Source of the DNA: Schmidtea nova
Taxonomy: Eukaryota
Length of the DNA stretch: 64,000 nucleotides
NCBI GenBank assembly: GCA_044892505.1
Contig: CM097882.1
Location: forward strand, 299,584,001 to 299,648,000
Direction of reading: 5' to 3'
The notes below the pieces were generated by a model that had not been told where the DNA came from, made no database searches, and saw nothing but the letters and a program-made list of their open reading frames with translations. Of the stretch, positions 23,911 to 37,188 are shown in pieces (the stretch's first letter is position 1; every line of letters starts with the position of its first letter). The position numbers were made by a program, and so were the translations under genes.

Positions 23911-24960
23911 TTAAATAAAATGATCATTTTTACCACATTTTAAACAACATTTGCTTAAAGGACAATTGTTCCGAATATGACCTGATTCACCACAACAATA
24001 ACATTGACCGGGTTGTAAGGGTCGCAATTCTGGTTCCGGAAACCCTTTCGCTTTGTTGTAAACTCGTCTTGCAATATGTTTCATAGAAACCATAGGCCTA
24101 TTGGGTCTCTCATTAACCAATAAACTTTCTGAACTTCGCCTTCTTTCAGTGAAATGTGGTCTATTGCCATTTTTTTCGTAATTTCTTTTATTACTGACAT
24201 ACCGATTAGTCTCTGGAACTGATGGTCTAATCACTGGGTGAACATTCTGCCTTATTGGGATTTTATTTCTTGTTACAGATGCATATGACGATTGTTTCCT
24301 ATTATCTGCCAGTGCAAATATCTCTCTGGTGTCTTCTGTATGTAAATTATTTTCAAAGTTTACATTCATTTTCTCTATTTCTGTGAGAGATACTTCTGGG
24401 TTCATTGCAATTGCATCCTTAACTTTTTCTGAATACATACGTTTTGTAACAATATCCTTGACAATCATGTCTTCCGTTTGATTTGCGGAAAGAACTTCAC
24501 GGACTAATTTCCTCACTCTGATTATAGAATTTTCAAACCTTTCGTCCGATCTCTGCTTTATCAGACTCATGTCTTCGATATTTTGTAAAAAACTTTTGGA
24601 TTTTACATATTTTAAAATAAACCAACCTTTTACCTCTTGATCTGAAGCCAGAGTCTTAAGTGTCTCCTTAAAGGCCATCCATATTTCTTTTGCATCTCCG
24701 TGTAATAATAAATCGAATGCTGCTCCTAAATTGAGCGAATTTATCGTCACAAATTCTTCAATAGATTCAAGCCAGTCCTTTCCATTTTCTTCTTTTCCTC
24801 CAAAAAACTTCTTTATCTTTGGGTAAATCGATTCTTGAATATTTTTTGGCAAAGATTCGACAATTTTCTGCCTTTGTTGTGATCTTGTAATAGCTGCGAT
24901 TTCGGCGTGGTCGCCAGTAACATTTCCATTATTAGTCATAATATAAGACGTTATTTCCAA
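23911..24960 (-). CDS. gag: Gag of element 2 with CCHC knuckle and truncated second knuckle
   Basis: KFFGGKEENGKDWLESIE capsid-like N terminus, CYCCGESGHIRNNC, then CLKCGKNDHFI*. First in-frame ATG is at 24939, inside the LTR. Confidence 0.8.
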   Translation of the reverse strand: MEITSYIMTNNGNVTGDHAEIAAITRSQQRQKIVESLPKNIQESIYPKIKKFFGGKEENGKDWLESIEEFVTINSLNLGAAFDLLLHGDAKEIWMAFKETLKTLASDQEVKGWFILKYVKSKSFLQNIEDMSLIKQRSDERFENSIIRVRKLVREVLSANQTEDMIVKDIVTKRMYSEKVKDAIAMNPEVSLTEIEKMNVNFENNLHTEDTREIFALADNRKQSSYASVTRNKIPIRQNVHPVIRPSVPETNRYVSNKRNYEKNGNRPHFTERRRSSESLLVNERPNRPMVSMKHIARRVYNKAKGFPEPELRPLQPGQCYCCGESGHIRNNCPLSKCCLKCGKNDHFI

Positions 24961-25570
24961 AATTCTATTCTATTTAAAACTGTAATATTTAAACAAATAT
25001 TAATNNNNNNNNNNNNNNNNNNNNNNNNNNNNNNNNNNNNNNNNNNNNNNNNNNNNNNNNNNNNNNNNNNNNNNNNNNNNNNNNNNNNNNNNNNNNNNNN
25101 NNNNNNNNNNNNNNNNNNNNNNNNNNNNNNNNNNNNNGTTAATTATTTGCGCCACGGCTTATTCTCCGGATTTGTTTGTAGTGGTGATAAAAATAAAAAT
25201 TGTAAAAATCAGATTTTCCGGATCTGAACTATTTTAGTAAGTTTTTATGTAAGACTTCAAGAGATTTCATTTTTTCTAAATATCAGTCTGTTACGTGAAA
25301 ACGATTTAGAGAATATGATACCAAACTTGAATATAAATTAAACGAATAGTAATAAAATATGACAAATGAGTTTGTGTAACAAAAATGACTTAGAAAAAGA
25401 TTGCTTTTAACCATTCGACTATTTATTTTTAATTTAATTTATCTTTACTTGTTTTTAGATTATAGATTAATATTTTTATTTATTAAATATTAATTTTTGA
25501 CAATTTATTTAACATTTTTGTAAACACTTGAAATTTCATGTTGAAGAGAAAAAATATATTAATCAATTAA

Positions 25571-25619
<49 letters not shown>

Positions 25620-26229
25620 CATAATTATCTTTTTTCACCTTTGATCTTTTTTTATTATTATTATCAATAATTCTCATAATGACTATAGATCAAAATTTTT
25701 TTTTATAAACAATAACACAATATTTCGGCACAGCCGAAATATTGTGTTATTGTTTATAAAAAAAAATTTTGATCTATAGTNNNNNNNNNNNNNNNNNNNN
25801 NNNNNNNNNNNNNNNNNNNNNNNNNNNNNNNNNNNNNNNNNNNNNNNNNNNNNNNNNNNNNNNNNNNNNNNNNNNNNNNNNNNNNNNNNNNNNNNNNNNN
25901 NNNNNNNNNNNNNNNNNNNNNNNNNNNNNNNNNNNNNNNNNNNNNNNNNNNNNNNNNNNNNNNNNNNNNNNNNNNNNNNNNNNNNNNNNNNNNNNNNNNN
26001 NNNNNNNNNNNNNNNNNNNNNNNNNNNNNNNNNNNNNNNNNNNNNNNNNNNNNNNNNNNNNNNNNNNNNNNNNNNNNNNNNNNNNNNNNNNNNNNNNNNN
26101 NNNNNNNNNNNNNNNNNNNNNNNNNNNNNNNNNNNNNNNNNNNNNNNNNNAAATTAGAAAGAATTTCATATTGGAATGATCACGATTTTTTAAGATCAAA
26201 ATACTTTATCAAATAAATATTTCAGAGAA

Positions 26230-26830
26230 AAACTTAACAACCTATTATTACACTATTTCTGTTACAGTCTTTATAACGATTATTAATATTGGACACTCCC
26301 TTCAGTTGACCATGTTCAAGAACTTGAGTACAGCGATGATGGCGGTCCGTCCATTGTATGTGGCATTACACACATTACATGTAAATTGATACACGAGATT
26401 TGAATACAATCCAACCGGAGTTTGTAACTTATTTCCAAGCATACTACTCACTTTGCACTAATTGGAGACAATCCTAAAGTTTAAACCATTCAGTTGATTA
26501 CCTCTCTTCCTTTTATAATTTTGAAACTCCTCTGAATACAGCAATACTATCGTGAATTATGGTCTTTTTTGTTTGATATTTCTTTTCACTACATCATGCG
26601 AATTATCACCTATATTACCTTCAAGCTTACAAAAATCCTTAGGATTATATATACATTTATCAACCATTTCTCTCATCATCATCATCATCATAATCAAAAT
26701 TCGTTTTGACTAAACATTCTTCATTAACAGTTCCACTAGTGTATCTATAATATTTACAGAGTTTTTGAAAATAGAAGATCAACACCATGATCTATAAATC
26801 AATCCTTTTACCCCATCTTTCTTATATTTA
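26230..26830 (-). mobile_element. Degenerate PLE thumb/GIY-YIG remnant, same family as 47.7-49.4 kb
   Basis: GLIYRSW, IVLLYSEEFQ, TPVGLYSNLVYQFTCNVCNATY and HRCTQVLEH are collinear with the 48.3-48.9 kb copy. Confidence 0.7.
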
Positions 26831-27820
26831 AACTTACAAAAACTTTCTGGAATATGAAATCAATTTTAATTTTCTTAAATATCTTTAATAATTTTTGATT
26901 TCATTTTTTTAAGACAAAGAATCAAAAGCATTTCTTTTTGTGTTTCAACAGTAATTTGGGGCACTGCTTTTTATTTTAAGTTATTTTTGTAAAAGGCAGT
27001 GCCCTAACCTTTGCTGAATAACAGAGAAATATTTTTAATCCATTGTCTGAAAAAATAAAAGAAAATCGGTTTATTAATTAACATTTTATTTCTGAGATAA
27101 TAAAAAATAATATTATCAATTATAATTTGTAGAATTATATTTATAATGAAAGCTAAATTATTTCCCTAAAACATTTTAGTTTAACAAAGATGACATAGAA
27201 ATAATTTTTTAAAAAAATTTTTATGAATATTTGAATATTTTATTTTCCCTACTGAGACCATTTCCCAACTAAATGCTTCAAAGACCTTATTGCTTTATAA
27301 TAACCTAGCTTGTCTGTTGAATTTAACAAAGTCAAACAAGTCAATGAAAAATGTGGAAAAAAAATAATTTCAGACTGTTGGAAAATGATTAAATAACTGA
27401 CGCCAATATTTAAACAAAAGTATTAGAAATGTAATTACTAATTTGGGACATGCAATATAAACTAGGGGGAAAATTTGTCATTTATTATTTACCTTAAATT
27501 GAACAAATAGTAATTTGAACAATTGGTTTATATAAATTAATATTAAAAAAATAGAATTTTATTTTATTTTTTAGTAGGAATAAATTAATTATATTTTTTA
27601 ACCATTTTATTATAATGTTAATAAATTTTATTTTTAATGATATTTTTGAAACTAGCTGTAGATTATTTGTAGAAATCTAAATTTTACATTTAATTAACTA
27701 TTTTTGCAATTTTCCCATCGGTTTAGACATAATTGTCATTCATTCTGCAACTGAAATTTATGTGAATAAAACTATAAATATATTAATTCTTATAATTAAT
27801 AATTAATGTTGTCCATTTAG

Positions 27821-27959
27821 AATTTCGAATGGAAAAATCTAAATAAAGCAGAAATAAAAATTCCTACTAGCCACGATGATATTAAATTCGTGGAATCCCA
27901 TTTAGATTTTTTTATTGGGGATGAAAATTGTTGCACCAGAACTTCGGTAGCAAAAGAAA
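27821..27959 (+). CDS. Candidate exon, possibly following the ZP exon
   Basis: TTTAG acceptor and stop-free phase-0 frame NFEWKNLNKAEIKIPTSHDDIKFVESHLDFFIGDENCCTRTS. Possible donors at 27947 (phase 0) or 27960 (phase 1). Confidence 0.35.
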
Positions 27960-29537
27960 GTTCGTTTTTCATTTTATTTATTTTTTATAATTATTATTTT
28001 ATTAATTTTTAATTGTAAATAACTTCATAAAATTGAGTTTGATTATATAAAAATAATAACTTAATCATATTTTACTAATTCCGACTAAATATGTTTTTAA
28101 TAAAATTATTAAATATTTTACAAACTTTATTTGTTTTATTCAATGAAAATAATATCGTGAATGAAGAAGCATTGCTACTAGAATTCACTGCTATATGCGC
28201 CTAAGGGTTCTTTCGAAAGTAGCTTTTAAAAAAATATTTTATCGAAAAAACGAAATGTATTTAGAATAAAAAGCCCCTCAATCGCAATGCAAAGTACGAT
28301 ATTTGCGAGAATATATTATAAAATTATTTATTGTTTAACAAATAAATGGGCGCATTTGTGCACTGAATATGCCGCTGAGATAAAATGTTTCTGTTTAATT
28401 TAAGAGGACTTTTTTATTCGAATCTTTCAACTGACCTAGCAGTAGAGCGGCCGTGTTCAGTTGACTAACGTCTATTTTTTATTAGTTTGAGAATTTAAAA
28501 TAAAAGATGATTTTTAACAAAATGAAGCTATTAAATAATATTGGTTAATTTAAAAATAATAAATAAATAAAAGAACAATATCTTTTAAAATTTTATTTAA
28601 AAATCTTGAAAATATCAATGTAAAAATAATTTTTTATGCTTAAAACGTTCATGGCATGTTTTCTTATAAACTGCCTAATGCAATTCGGTCTATGTTATGA
28701 TTTTGTATATTGTTTTACTTGTCACGAGTGTAAAGTCACACATTTGAGAGACTGCTTTCTATCTCTGTATACCAGTTTGAGAGCATGACAGATTAGATGA
28801 AATTAATTAATACTGTTTAAGATAATAACACTTACAAGTTAAAAATTTAAATTTCGAATTTAAAAATATTTTTTAAATGTTTTAAAACTTATTGAAACAT
28901 AAATTATAAAGTTTTGATAAAAAAAATCATTTAATCCTAAATTAAAAATACAGAAGTTTTTAATTAATTTTATAAAAATTAACTAAAATCTTTGTAAGCA
29001 CCTGATGTGCACATATGATTATGTAATTATAATAAATCTAAAAATGTGATCAAGTTTCATTTTATTGAATTATTTAGTTCTTAATGATGACAGCTGAGAT
29101 GCCAAAATATATTTTTGTAAAATAGTGTTCTTTTATTTATTTAATATAATTGTTTATGTTGTTATATATTAATGAGAAATAATAAGATTATCAATAGTGA
29201 TATAGTTTTTGATCTTAGTTTAAAATGTTGTTATTATAACAAATTATTATAAAAAAATTCAACCCAAAGATGAAAAAAAAGGATAGAAAAATTAAAACAA
29301 TTAATTCATTTTCCTTTCAAACTCTACAAATCCAAAAGTCAGTTTTTTTACTGTCTAGTTAAAGTTTAAAATTATAAAACAGCATATAAATAATAAATAA
29401 AGGAATATTTTTCAGAATATTGTCAATTAATTTATGTTCTACGTGAAGTCCTTTCTTAATTTGGTCGTCCGTAATTTATTTTAAATGACCATTTTCAAAA
29501 TCATTTATATTTCATTTCAACCTAAACCAATTTTTTG

Positions 29538-29595
<58 letters not shown>

Positions 29596-31081
29596 AATAA
29601 TAAAATAAAATATTTAAAATAATCGTTAGCTGACATTTTAATATAATGTTAGAAAGTGAATAAAAGTTGATCCTGAAATCATATGGTGTTATGAACAATG
29701 GCAGTATACATAGAATTGTTTGATCAAACTCCTACTTAAATATTATTTAATGTAACGAATATTTAGAAATAACAAAAGAAAGAAAAGACTTATTAATGGC
29801 GTGTAAAACAATATGCGTTCTACATTTGCTTCTACAGCACATGTAAACATAGAGTTGCGTAAAATAAGGTGTATTTTATAAGCCAAGGTCATGAAACATA
29901 TCAATTTTGTTTTCAGCTTATTTCTCATATAATATGTTGCTATTATGTGGTAATAATAGCGGGTTATGTATGCGTTTATGTATGAAAAAAAACTTTAAAA
30001 AAATTAAATTACATTATATAACAAAGTTATTGCTTTCCTTTTGTGATTTCAAAGAATATATTGTCATAAACTGCAACACTTAAAAAACCGCCGATTAAAG
30101 GCCGCTTGTCTAGAATAAAATCCTTTACCTATTCTTCACATTAAGTTATTATTTATTTTAATTAAAATATATTTACATTTAGATATTATTTCAATTTTAA
30201 AACTTATTTTTTTTAAATTTAAATGAAATTTTCTTCTTACCCTTTAGATGTTAGTCTTTTAACTGGAATTTCTCTATTTATTTCAATTAAATCGGGAAAT
30301 TTGGAAAATATTTTTATTTTATGTTCAAAATTTAGCAATAAATTTACTTGAAAAATGATTAGGTAAATGTGGAGTGATTGATTTTAGGTTAAGATTTCCG
30401 GGGAAGTTATTTTAATTTTTCTTAATTTTTCCATTAAGTAAAATATTTTTCATTTTCATTGAAAAATAATTTAGAATAAATTTAAATTTGAGCAATTATT
30501 TTCCAAGAAATAACGATTTCTACATTGCTAAATAATTAATTTCACTTTTCATTAAAGCGGTTTATTTTAAGTTTGTCATAATAAACTAGACAAAACATTA
30601 AATAGAAATTCATTGAAATAAAGACTTAGTAACTTAAAAACAAAAGGAAGCACAAACATAAAAACGTTTTATTTTTATTAAAAAAGTAAAAGACATGAAA
30701 AAACTATTATTTTTGCGTACTTCATAAAGCCAAAAAATTTACTTTCTCCTACCGCAATTTAAGCAAATTAGGGACAATAATTGGTATTAGTCAGAGAGAA
30801 AAAGAAATCAACACCATGAAAGATTACATAAACAAAAACTAGTGCAAAATAAAGACAATAAGTTGTCAATTAATTGGCCCCTTGGATATAAAAAATATGA
30901 AGTAAAAATAAAATATGAAAAAACGTTGTATTTAAAATTAATTTCTAAACTAAAATAACAATAACAAATAAATTTTGAAGAAATATGTTATAAAATAAAG
31001 AAATGTACAGAAGTAATGAAAGTTAATTCAATTTAAATATTTAATTTAATAGTTAATTTAAATTACAACTAAATAAAAAAT

Positions 31082-31301
31082 ATTAATATCAATAATTCCC
31101 ATAATGGATGACTATAGATCAAATTTTTTTTTAAACAAGTACACAATATTTCGGCACAGCCTTTACACTCTTGATAAAGTCTGTGATGAAATATTGTTAC
31201 TTGTTTAAAAAACATTTTTGATCTATAATCTTAGCATTATGGGAATTATTGATATTAATATTAAAAAAAGATCAAAGGTGAAACAAAAAGATAATTATGA
31301 T
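31082..31301. mobile_element. Foldback (long-TIR) MITE, representative of a family with at least 8 copies in the window
   Basis: Arms ...CATAAT..GACTATAGATCAAA..ACACAATATTTCGGCACAG and its reverse complement. Other copies at about 19840-20040, 25617-25780, 41414-41585, 50592-50765, 52322-52470, 55017-55231 and 61768-61972. Confidence 0.8.
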
Positions 31302-31838
31302 TAATAAAAAATGTATTAAATGTTTAACTTTTTGCTGTTTTAGTCGTTTTTCAATTAGGTTAACTTTCAAAGATATTTTCTTATTGAGAAAAGTTACTTT
31401 TTTGTAGATAATTAAAATGGCATCTTTAGAAAGTTCTTGAATATTGCTATAATAAAATAAAATTATTATTATATTGTTTTGATTTCGGTATTAATTTCAC
31501 GAGAAGTTAGGAACACTTTTATAAATTTAGAAAAATAATGAAGTATTTAATATAAGGTTACAAAAATTGATAAATATGTACAGATTTTTAATATTATAAA
31601 TTTTATTGTTAATAAAACCCGTTTCGAATTGCAAAACAAATAAATTCAGATTTTATTCATGAATTCTTATAGAAATAACAAAATATTATACGATAATATA
31701 CAGTGTTGTGAGTAAAGTATAAAATAATTAACTAAAAAATAGTAAATACAAATAATATGTTATTGATATAATAATATGATTTTAATTGTGCATTCTGCAC
31801 AAATTATGTCTACAAACCTTAATAACAAACTAATAAAC

Positions 31839-32215
31839 CAATGTTTCCCAACCTGGGCGATTTGAAATTTTAAGTGGGCGATGTTTTTGCCATGTTGTTT
31901 TTGCATATATCAACCTTTTTGCCACTGTTTGCCTAAAATTTTATTATTTCCGTATCGTTTTTAATTCTAGAATCTAGATACAATCTATGTATATAAATAG
32001 CACAGACACACACAAACAAGTTCTATAAATGACCTACATCTGTATATGCCTCTGCCCTTAATTCGTCAATTTTTATAGTATAACAATATATGATGCACAC
32101 ACATCACCTTACATCTAGTTACATTTACTCTACCCCAGTGTTTCCCAACCTGAGCCCTTTGAATTTTTAGCAATTGTAAATGGGCGATAATCGTAAAAGG
32201 GTTGTAGAAACGCTC
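31839..32215. mobile_element. hAT-type MITE
   Basis: CAATGTTTCCCAACCT terminus, internal second TIR-like copy, 8-bp TSD TAATAAAC (31831-31838, 32216-32223). Confidence 0.75.
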
Positions 32216-33582
32216 TAATAAACACTTTTGGGTCTAACTTACAATCTAATTTACAATTAATCATTCATAATTGTTTGACTACAACGTGACGTGAGTGCGA
32301 CGCACAATTTGTCTGCTTAAAATATATTTAATTTGAAAATGATGTAGAATTGATCAATTGCCATTTTATAAAAAAGAAAAATTATTTTATTTTTTATTTT
32401 TTTAGTAACTAAATAATTTTTCATTATTTACCCATCATTTTAATTTTTATAATCAAATTTTTCATTTGTTGTCCAATTTCTAAATTTTGAATTAACTTTT
32501 GATTAAAAATAAAATTGAACACTTTATTTAACTTTTTCAGTGGTAAAATAATAAAAAAACAAGTTTTACCCTGAAGAGTGAATTTTTTTTAATATGAAAA
32601 GAGATTTTTTTAAAAATAAATTTACATAATAAATATGAACACAAAACTTCTGCCAGGCACATAAATATCGTCAGTTTCATATAAGATATCGAATTAAAGT
32701 TTAGCTCTTTCCAGATTTTTCCAGGTGTATTTAAAATGTCCTTTTAAAAAATAGTTTTTCATTTTACCTAATATTAAGTTATGATTGTTTGTTTGAAAAA
32801 AGAAATATAAAAAGAAGCTTGAAAAAATTATTGGAGAGTTTCAGTTTTTACAACAACCCTACAATATTGAATAAATGTAATATTTTATGTCTAAATTATT
32901 TTAAATGCTTATTTAATAACAAACTGAATTGCCATAAGAGGGATAATAATTACATATTCATTGTTCATGAGAAATACATATGTGAAAATAAGCCTTTTTA
33001 TCCCATGATAATATCATCGTTCATCAGTCATCTATTTTTATTATGTTTTTATTTATTATGTTTTCTATATTACCCAGTTGCTGTCAATTATAATATTCTT
33101 CTACGAGGCATAAAGGTCAAATCTTTTCATTTCTCTGTATTCTTTCACTGGTTTGGTACATTACTAGCAACCGGGTAGAAATCTCAAGCAACCAAGATTA
33201 GGACAACCGGATGACTGAACAAACTCTGTAGAGCAAGTGCTATATATCAAATGTTATGTTTTTAAGGTATTCATTATATGAACTAAAAAATTAAATTTTT
33301 CGTGCCTGAAAATAAAAAGATTTTTATATAACTGTAACGCCTTATATGAATGACAATATATTACTTATGTGTAATTATATATTTGTTTTACTCATAGAAA
33401 AGAAACATTTTACTTTCTTATTAAATTAAAATAGTTGAGGTGTAACCATACAATATATGGATGAATGTCGCCTACTCGCAACATTATCCTAAAAGTAAAA
33501 AAGTCTAATTTGTTCAATAAATTTATGGCTAATTGGATATTTATTAAAAAGAGATTGACACTTAACCATTATTGCCTTACAT

Positions 33583-33817
33583 CATCGTTTCCCAACCCTT
33601 TGAAGATTATCGCCCATTTTCAATTGCTAAAAATTCAAATCGCCCACTAGTGGGCGTTATCGCCTAGGTTGGGAAACACTCAGGTAGAGTAGATGTAACT
33701 ACATGTAAGGTTATGTGTGTGCGTCATATATTGTTATACTATAAAGATTGACAAATTGAGAGCAGAGATATAAATAGATGTAAGTCATTTATAGGACTTG
33801 TTCTGTGTGTATCTGTG

Positions 33818-33896
<79 letters not shown>

Positions 33897-34043
33897 GATT
33901 GTATCTAGATTCTAGAATTTAGAACGATACGGAAATAATAAAATTTTAAGGCAAACAGTGGCAAAAAGGTTGACATATGCAAAACCAGCGTGGCAAAAAC
34001 ATTGCCCACCTAAACTTTCAAATCGCCAGGTTGGGGAACATTG
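33583..34043. mobile_element. Second copy of the same hAT-type MITE, inverted, with expanded (TA)n
   Basis: Reverse complement of 31839-32215; TSD CCTTACAT/CCTGACAT (7/8). Confidence 0.75.
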
Positions 34044-36682
34044 CCTGACATCAAATTCTTACCCAATTATCAAATTTTTATGTGTTTTTTATTAAAATTT
34101 TGTAAATTCTATGAAGCAAGTAATAAGGTGAATTTTATATTTTATGCAATTAATTTGGTTAAGATATTAAATAAATTGAAACAAAACTGTCAGTTGCAAT
34201 TATGTTACAATTATTAATTTCTGAATTCATAATAATCAAATAAAAATAAAATTTTATTTCAAAATACAAATCATCATCAATCTGAAATATTCAAACAAAT
34301 TTTCAAAGTTTTTTATTTCAATATTATCAAATGTTATTAGATAAATGAAATTTTTTATGGTACTGGAGAGATCTGCCCGGCCAAGAGTACATAGATAACG
34401 CCTCATATTTATATTTTAAATAATATTTTTTTTAAATGAAATTGAATTTTATTATATGATATCTAATTTTTAATAAAAAATGGTGAAACCTTGACTCTTC
34501 AATAACAAATTTAACATTTATTTTTATTAGAAAATTGACATATTTTAACATTTTACTTTACTGAATAGAATATTAAAATATGTCAATTTTCTTGTAAAAA
34601 TAAATGTTAAATTTGTAATTTATTAATCACTTTTTTAAACATTTAAAACTCATTTATTTTCCTCCCTTAGGTTTAATATCTTTCACTATCTGACCAGGTG
34701 CAATTGGTTATAAATTATCCATATTGTCATATCGAATCCTTACTATAAAGAACTCTCAAACCCTCATTAATAATAACTCTCGAACTCTCATCGCTTTTTA
34801 AAACAAAGCTGTCATTGTTTTGAAATGTGATAGTTCAGTCTTGACTTCCCATAATTCATGTGTTGTTTTAGACATCAAAACCTGATAATACACAATGATA
34901 ATAAATGACAATAAACACGATAGTAAATAAAAATGGACTTGTATCCAAATCATTGCGACTCGCGGGTCCTAGTTTGCCTACCCTTGATATAACAGTTTAG
35001 AAATTATTAAATTTTCTTTAAAGGTAGATTTTATTTTTATAATAATATACTTATAATCATATTTATAATCTTCCTAGCTTTCATATCAATCATTAAAACA
35101 AATAAAAATAAAATATGCATATTAAGTACTTTTTCATTTCATTGTCTTTATTTCGTTTTCACATTTCATTAACTCTAAACATTTGGTGAAAAGCATTGCA
35201 AACATGTATTTTGGTATGGTCCAAAAATTGTCGGAGTCTATAGCACGCCAAAACACAGATTGTTAGCCCTTTATTTGAATGGTCGAAAGAAAGATGGTGA
35301 ACCTTAATAAGATTTCTTGTTAGATCTGTAACCTTCTAAAGAAGCGGTTGTTATTGAACAAATACACTTTTTGATCTATTTTTTCGTCACAAGGTTTAAT
35401 AAAAATAATTTGGATATTATTTTAAGACTTTTCTGACCTCTTATTGTTATCATATATGATAGATGAGTAAAGCAATTTTAGGTGAAACTAGAACCTTTAA
35501 GAACAAACTAAATTTTGTTATATTTCAAATATTATTATTAATTATTAATTATTTTCTTATAAACAGATTAAAATTATTATACATCTTAATTCCTTATATT
35601 TTCCACTTTATGAAACTCTCGGAATCTCCTTTTTTCGAAATCATCAGAATATGGAAAATGTGATTTTAAAGATATGAAATCATGGAATTTCAGAGAATTC
35701 AATTAATCTTAGCCCCTTCATAAAATGATTATTTATTAAATGTAGTGCATAATATCAAAAGTGACAGTTCACTATCAACATTTTATTTCTAAAAAGACTT
35801 GAAGAAAAAGAATTAGAAGAAATCGTTTGATTGATAATGAATAAAATCTGAATCAGATATGGGAATAATTTTCATTATTTTTTATGTCGAAATGGTAGGT
35901 TGTTTGATTGAAAGAATTAATTAGACAGAATAAATTTTGAGGGTTAATAACCATACAATTTTTATGGTATAGAAATGAACATTTATGTTACTGTAAAATT
36001 GTTGCATTTGTAAATAGACATAGAGTCGTAGAATAAATTCATCGAAAATAATATATTAACATTTTATATTTTTAGAGCCTTCGGGATAATTATTCAGTTC
36101 AGATAGGTGATCCTACAAATCAGTTTTATTTTAGAAATTGATGATAAAATATTTTCTTGATATTTATTTTCAACCGAATTTTTATAATTTAAAGGGAATT
36201 TTTAGGTATAATTTGTCCATTAGAATACATAAATATAACGGGAATCTTTTATTATAAATATATTATGTACTTATAGATGTATCAGTTAGAAATACTTAAT
36301 AAAATNNNNNNNNNNNNNNNNNNNNNNNNNNNNNNNNNNNNNNNNNNNNNNNNNNNNNNNNNNNNNNNNNNNNNNNNNNNNNNNNNNNNNNNNNNNNNNN
36401 NNNNNNNNNNNNNNNNNNNNNNNNNNNNNNNNNNNNNNNNNNNNNNNNNNNNNNNNNNNNNNNNNNNNNNNNNNNNNNNNNNNNNNNNNNNNNNNNNNNN
36501 NNNNNNNNNNNNNNNNNNNNNNNNNNNNNNNNNNNNNNNNNNNNNNNNNNNNNNNNNNNNNNNNNNNNNNNNNNNNNNNNNNNNNNNNNNNNNNNNNNNN
36601 NNNNNNNNNNNNNNNNNNNNNNNNNNNNNNNNNNNNNNNNNNNNNNNNNNNNTTTTTTTGTGATACCCAGTGCAAATCCCCA

Positions 36683-36724
36683 ATAGCAGACTAGTTTCGA
36701 GCTTTTGGCTCTCATCAGTGCTAT
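36683..36724 (-). ncRNA. Minimal type I hammerhead ribozyme (inverted copy)
   Basis: Exact reverse complement of 37147-37188. Confidence 0.85.
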
Positions 36725-37146
36725 GCAGGAGACGCGAAAATTTCTCTCCGCGCCAGGTAAGTATAAAACAAAGTCGAAAGATTTTGTTATATACTATACC
36801 TGGTACACTGGATAAAACATCACTTGAATATGCAAGGTCCTACAGATAATCTGTAACTTGCAAACATGGCGTATGAATTTCATTTTCGCCTCTGCGCACT
36901 AAAAGTGTTCAACAGAAACTGTTTGCAAGCGCACCCGACTGCCTTAGCTTCATTATTTCAATTTCTTGAAATATCTTTTGAAAAAAACATTTGTCGGTTT
37001 GCCATGTTTGCAAGTTACAGATTATCTGTAGGACCTTGCATATTCAAGTGATGTTTTATCCAGTGTACCAGGTATAGTATATAACAAAATCTTTCGACTT
37101 TGTTTTATACTTACCTGGCGCGGAGAGAAATTTTCGCGTCTCCTGC

Positions 37147-37188
37147 ATAGCACTGATGAGAGCCAAAAGCTCGAAACTAGTCTGCTAT
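37147..37188 (+). ncRNA. Minimal type I hammerhead ribozyme
   Basis: Stem I ATAGCA/TGCTAT, core CTGATGA, stem II GAGC-CAAAA-GCTC, GAAA, palindromic stem III ACTAGT, GTC cleavage triplet (cut after 37182). Confidence 0.88.

Larger units (their letters stand above)
21259..25004 (-). mobile_element. Defective Ty3/gypsy LTR retrotransposon 2 (5' LTR cut by assembly gap)
   Basis: 3' LTR 21259-21362 and 5' LTR 24916-25004+gap (1 visible mismatch). PPT AAAGAAGGGGAG; PBS TGGCGACCACG (24906-24916, tRNA-Arg-like); gag, RT, RH, IN. Confidence 0.92.

Noticed and set aside
31839-34043. Single composite transposon with ~380-bp TIRs
   Set aside because: Each copy has its own 8-bp TSD and the outer flanks do not match.
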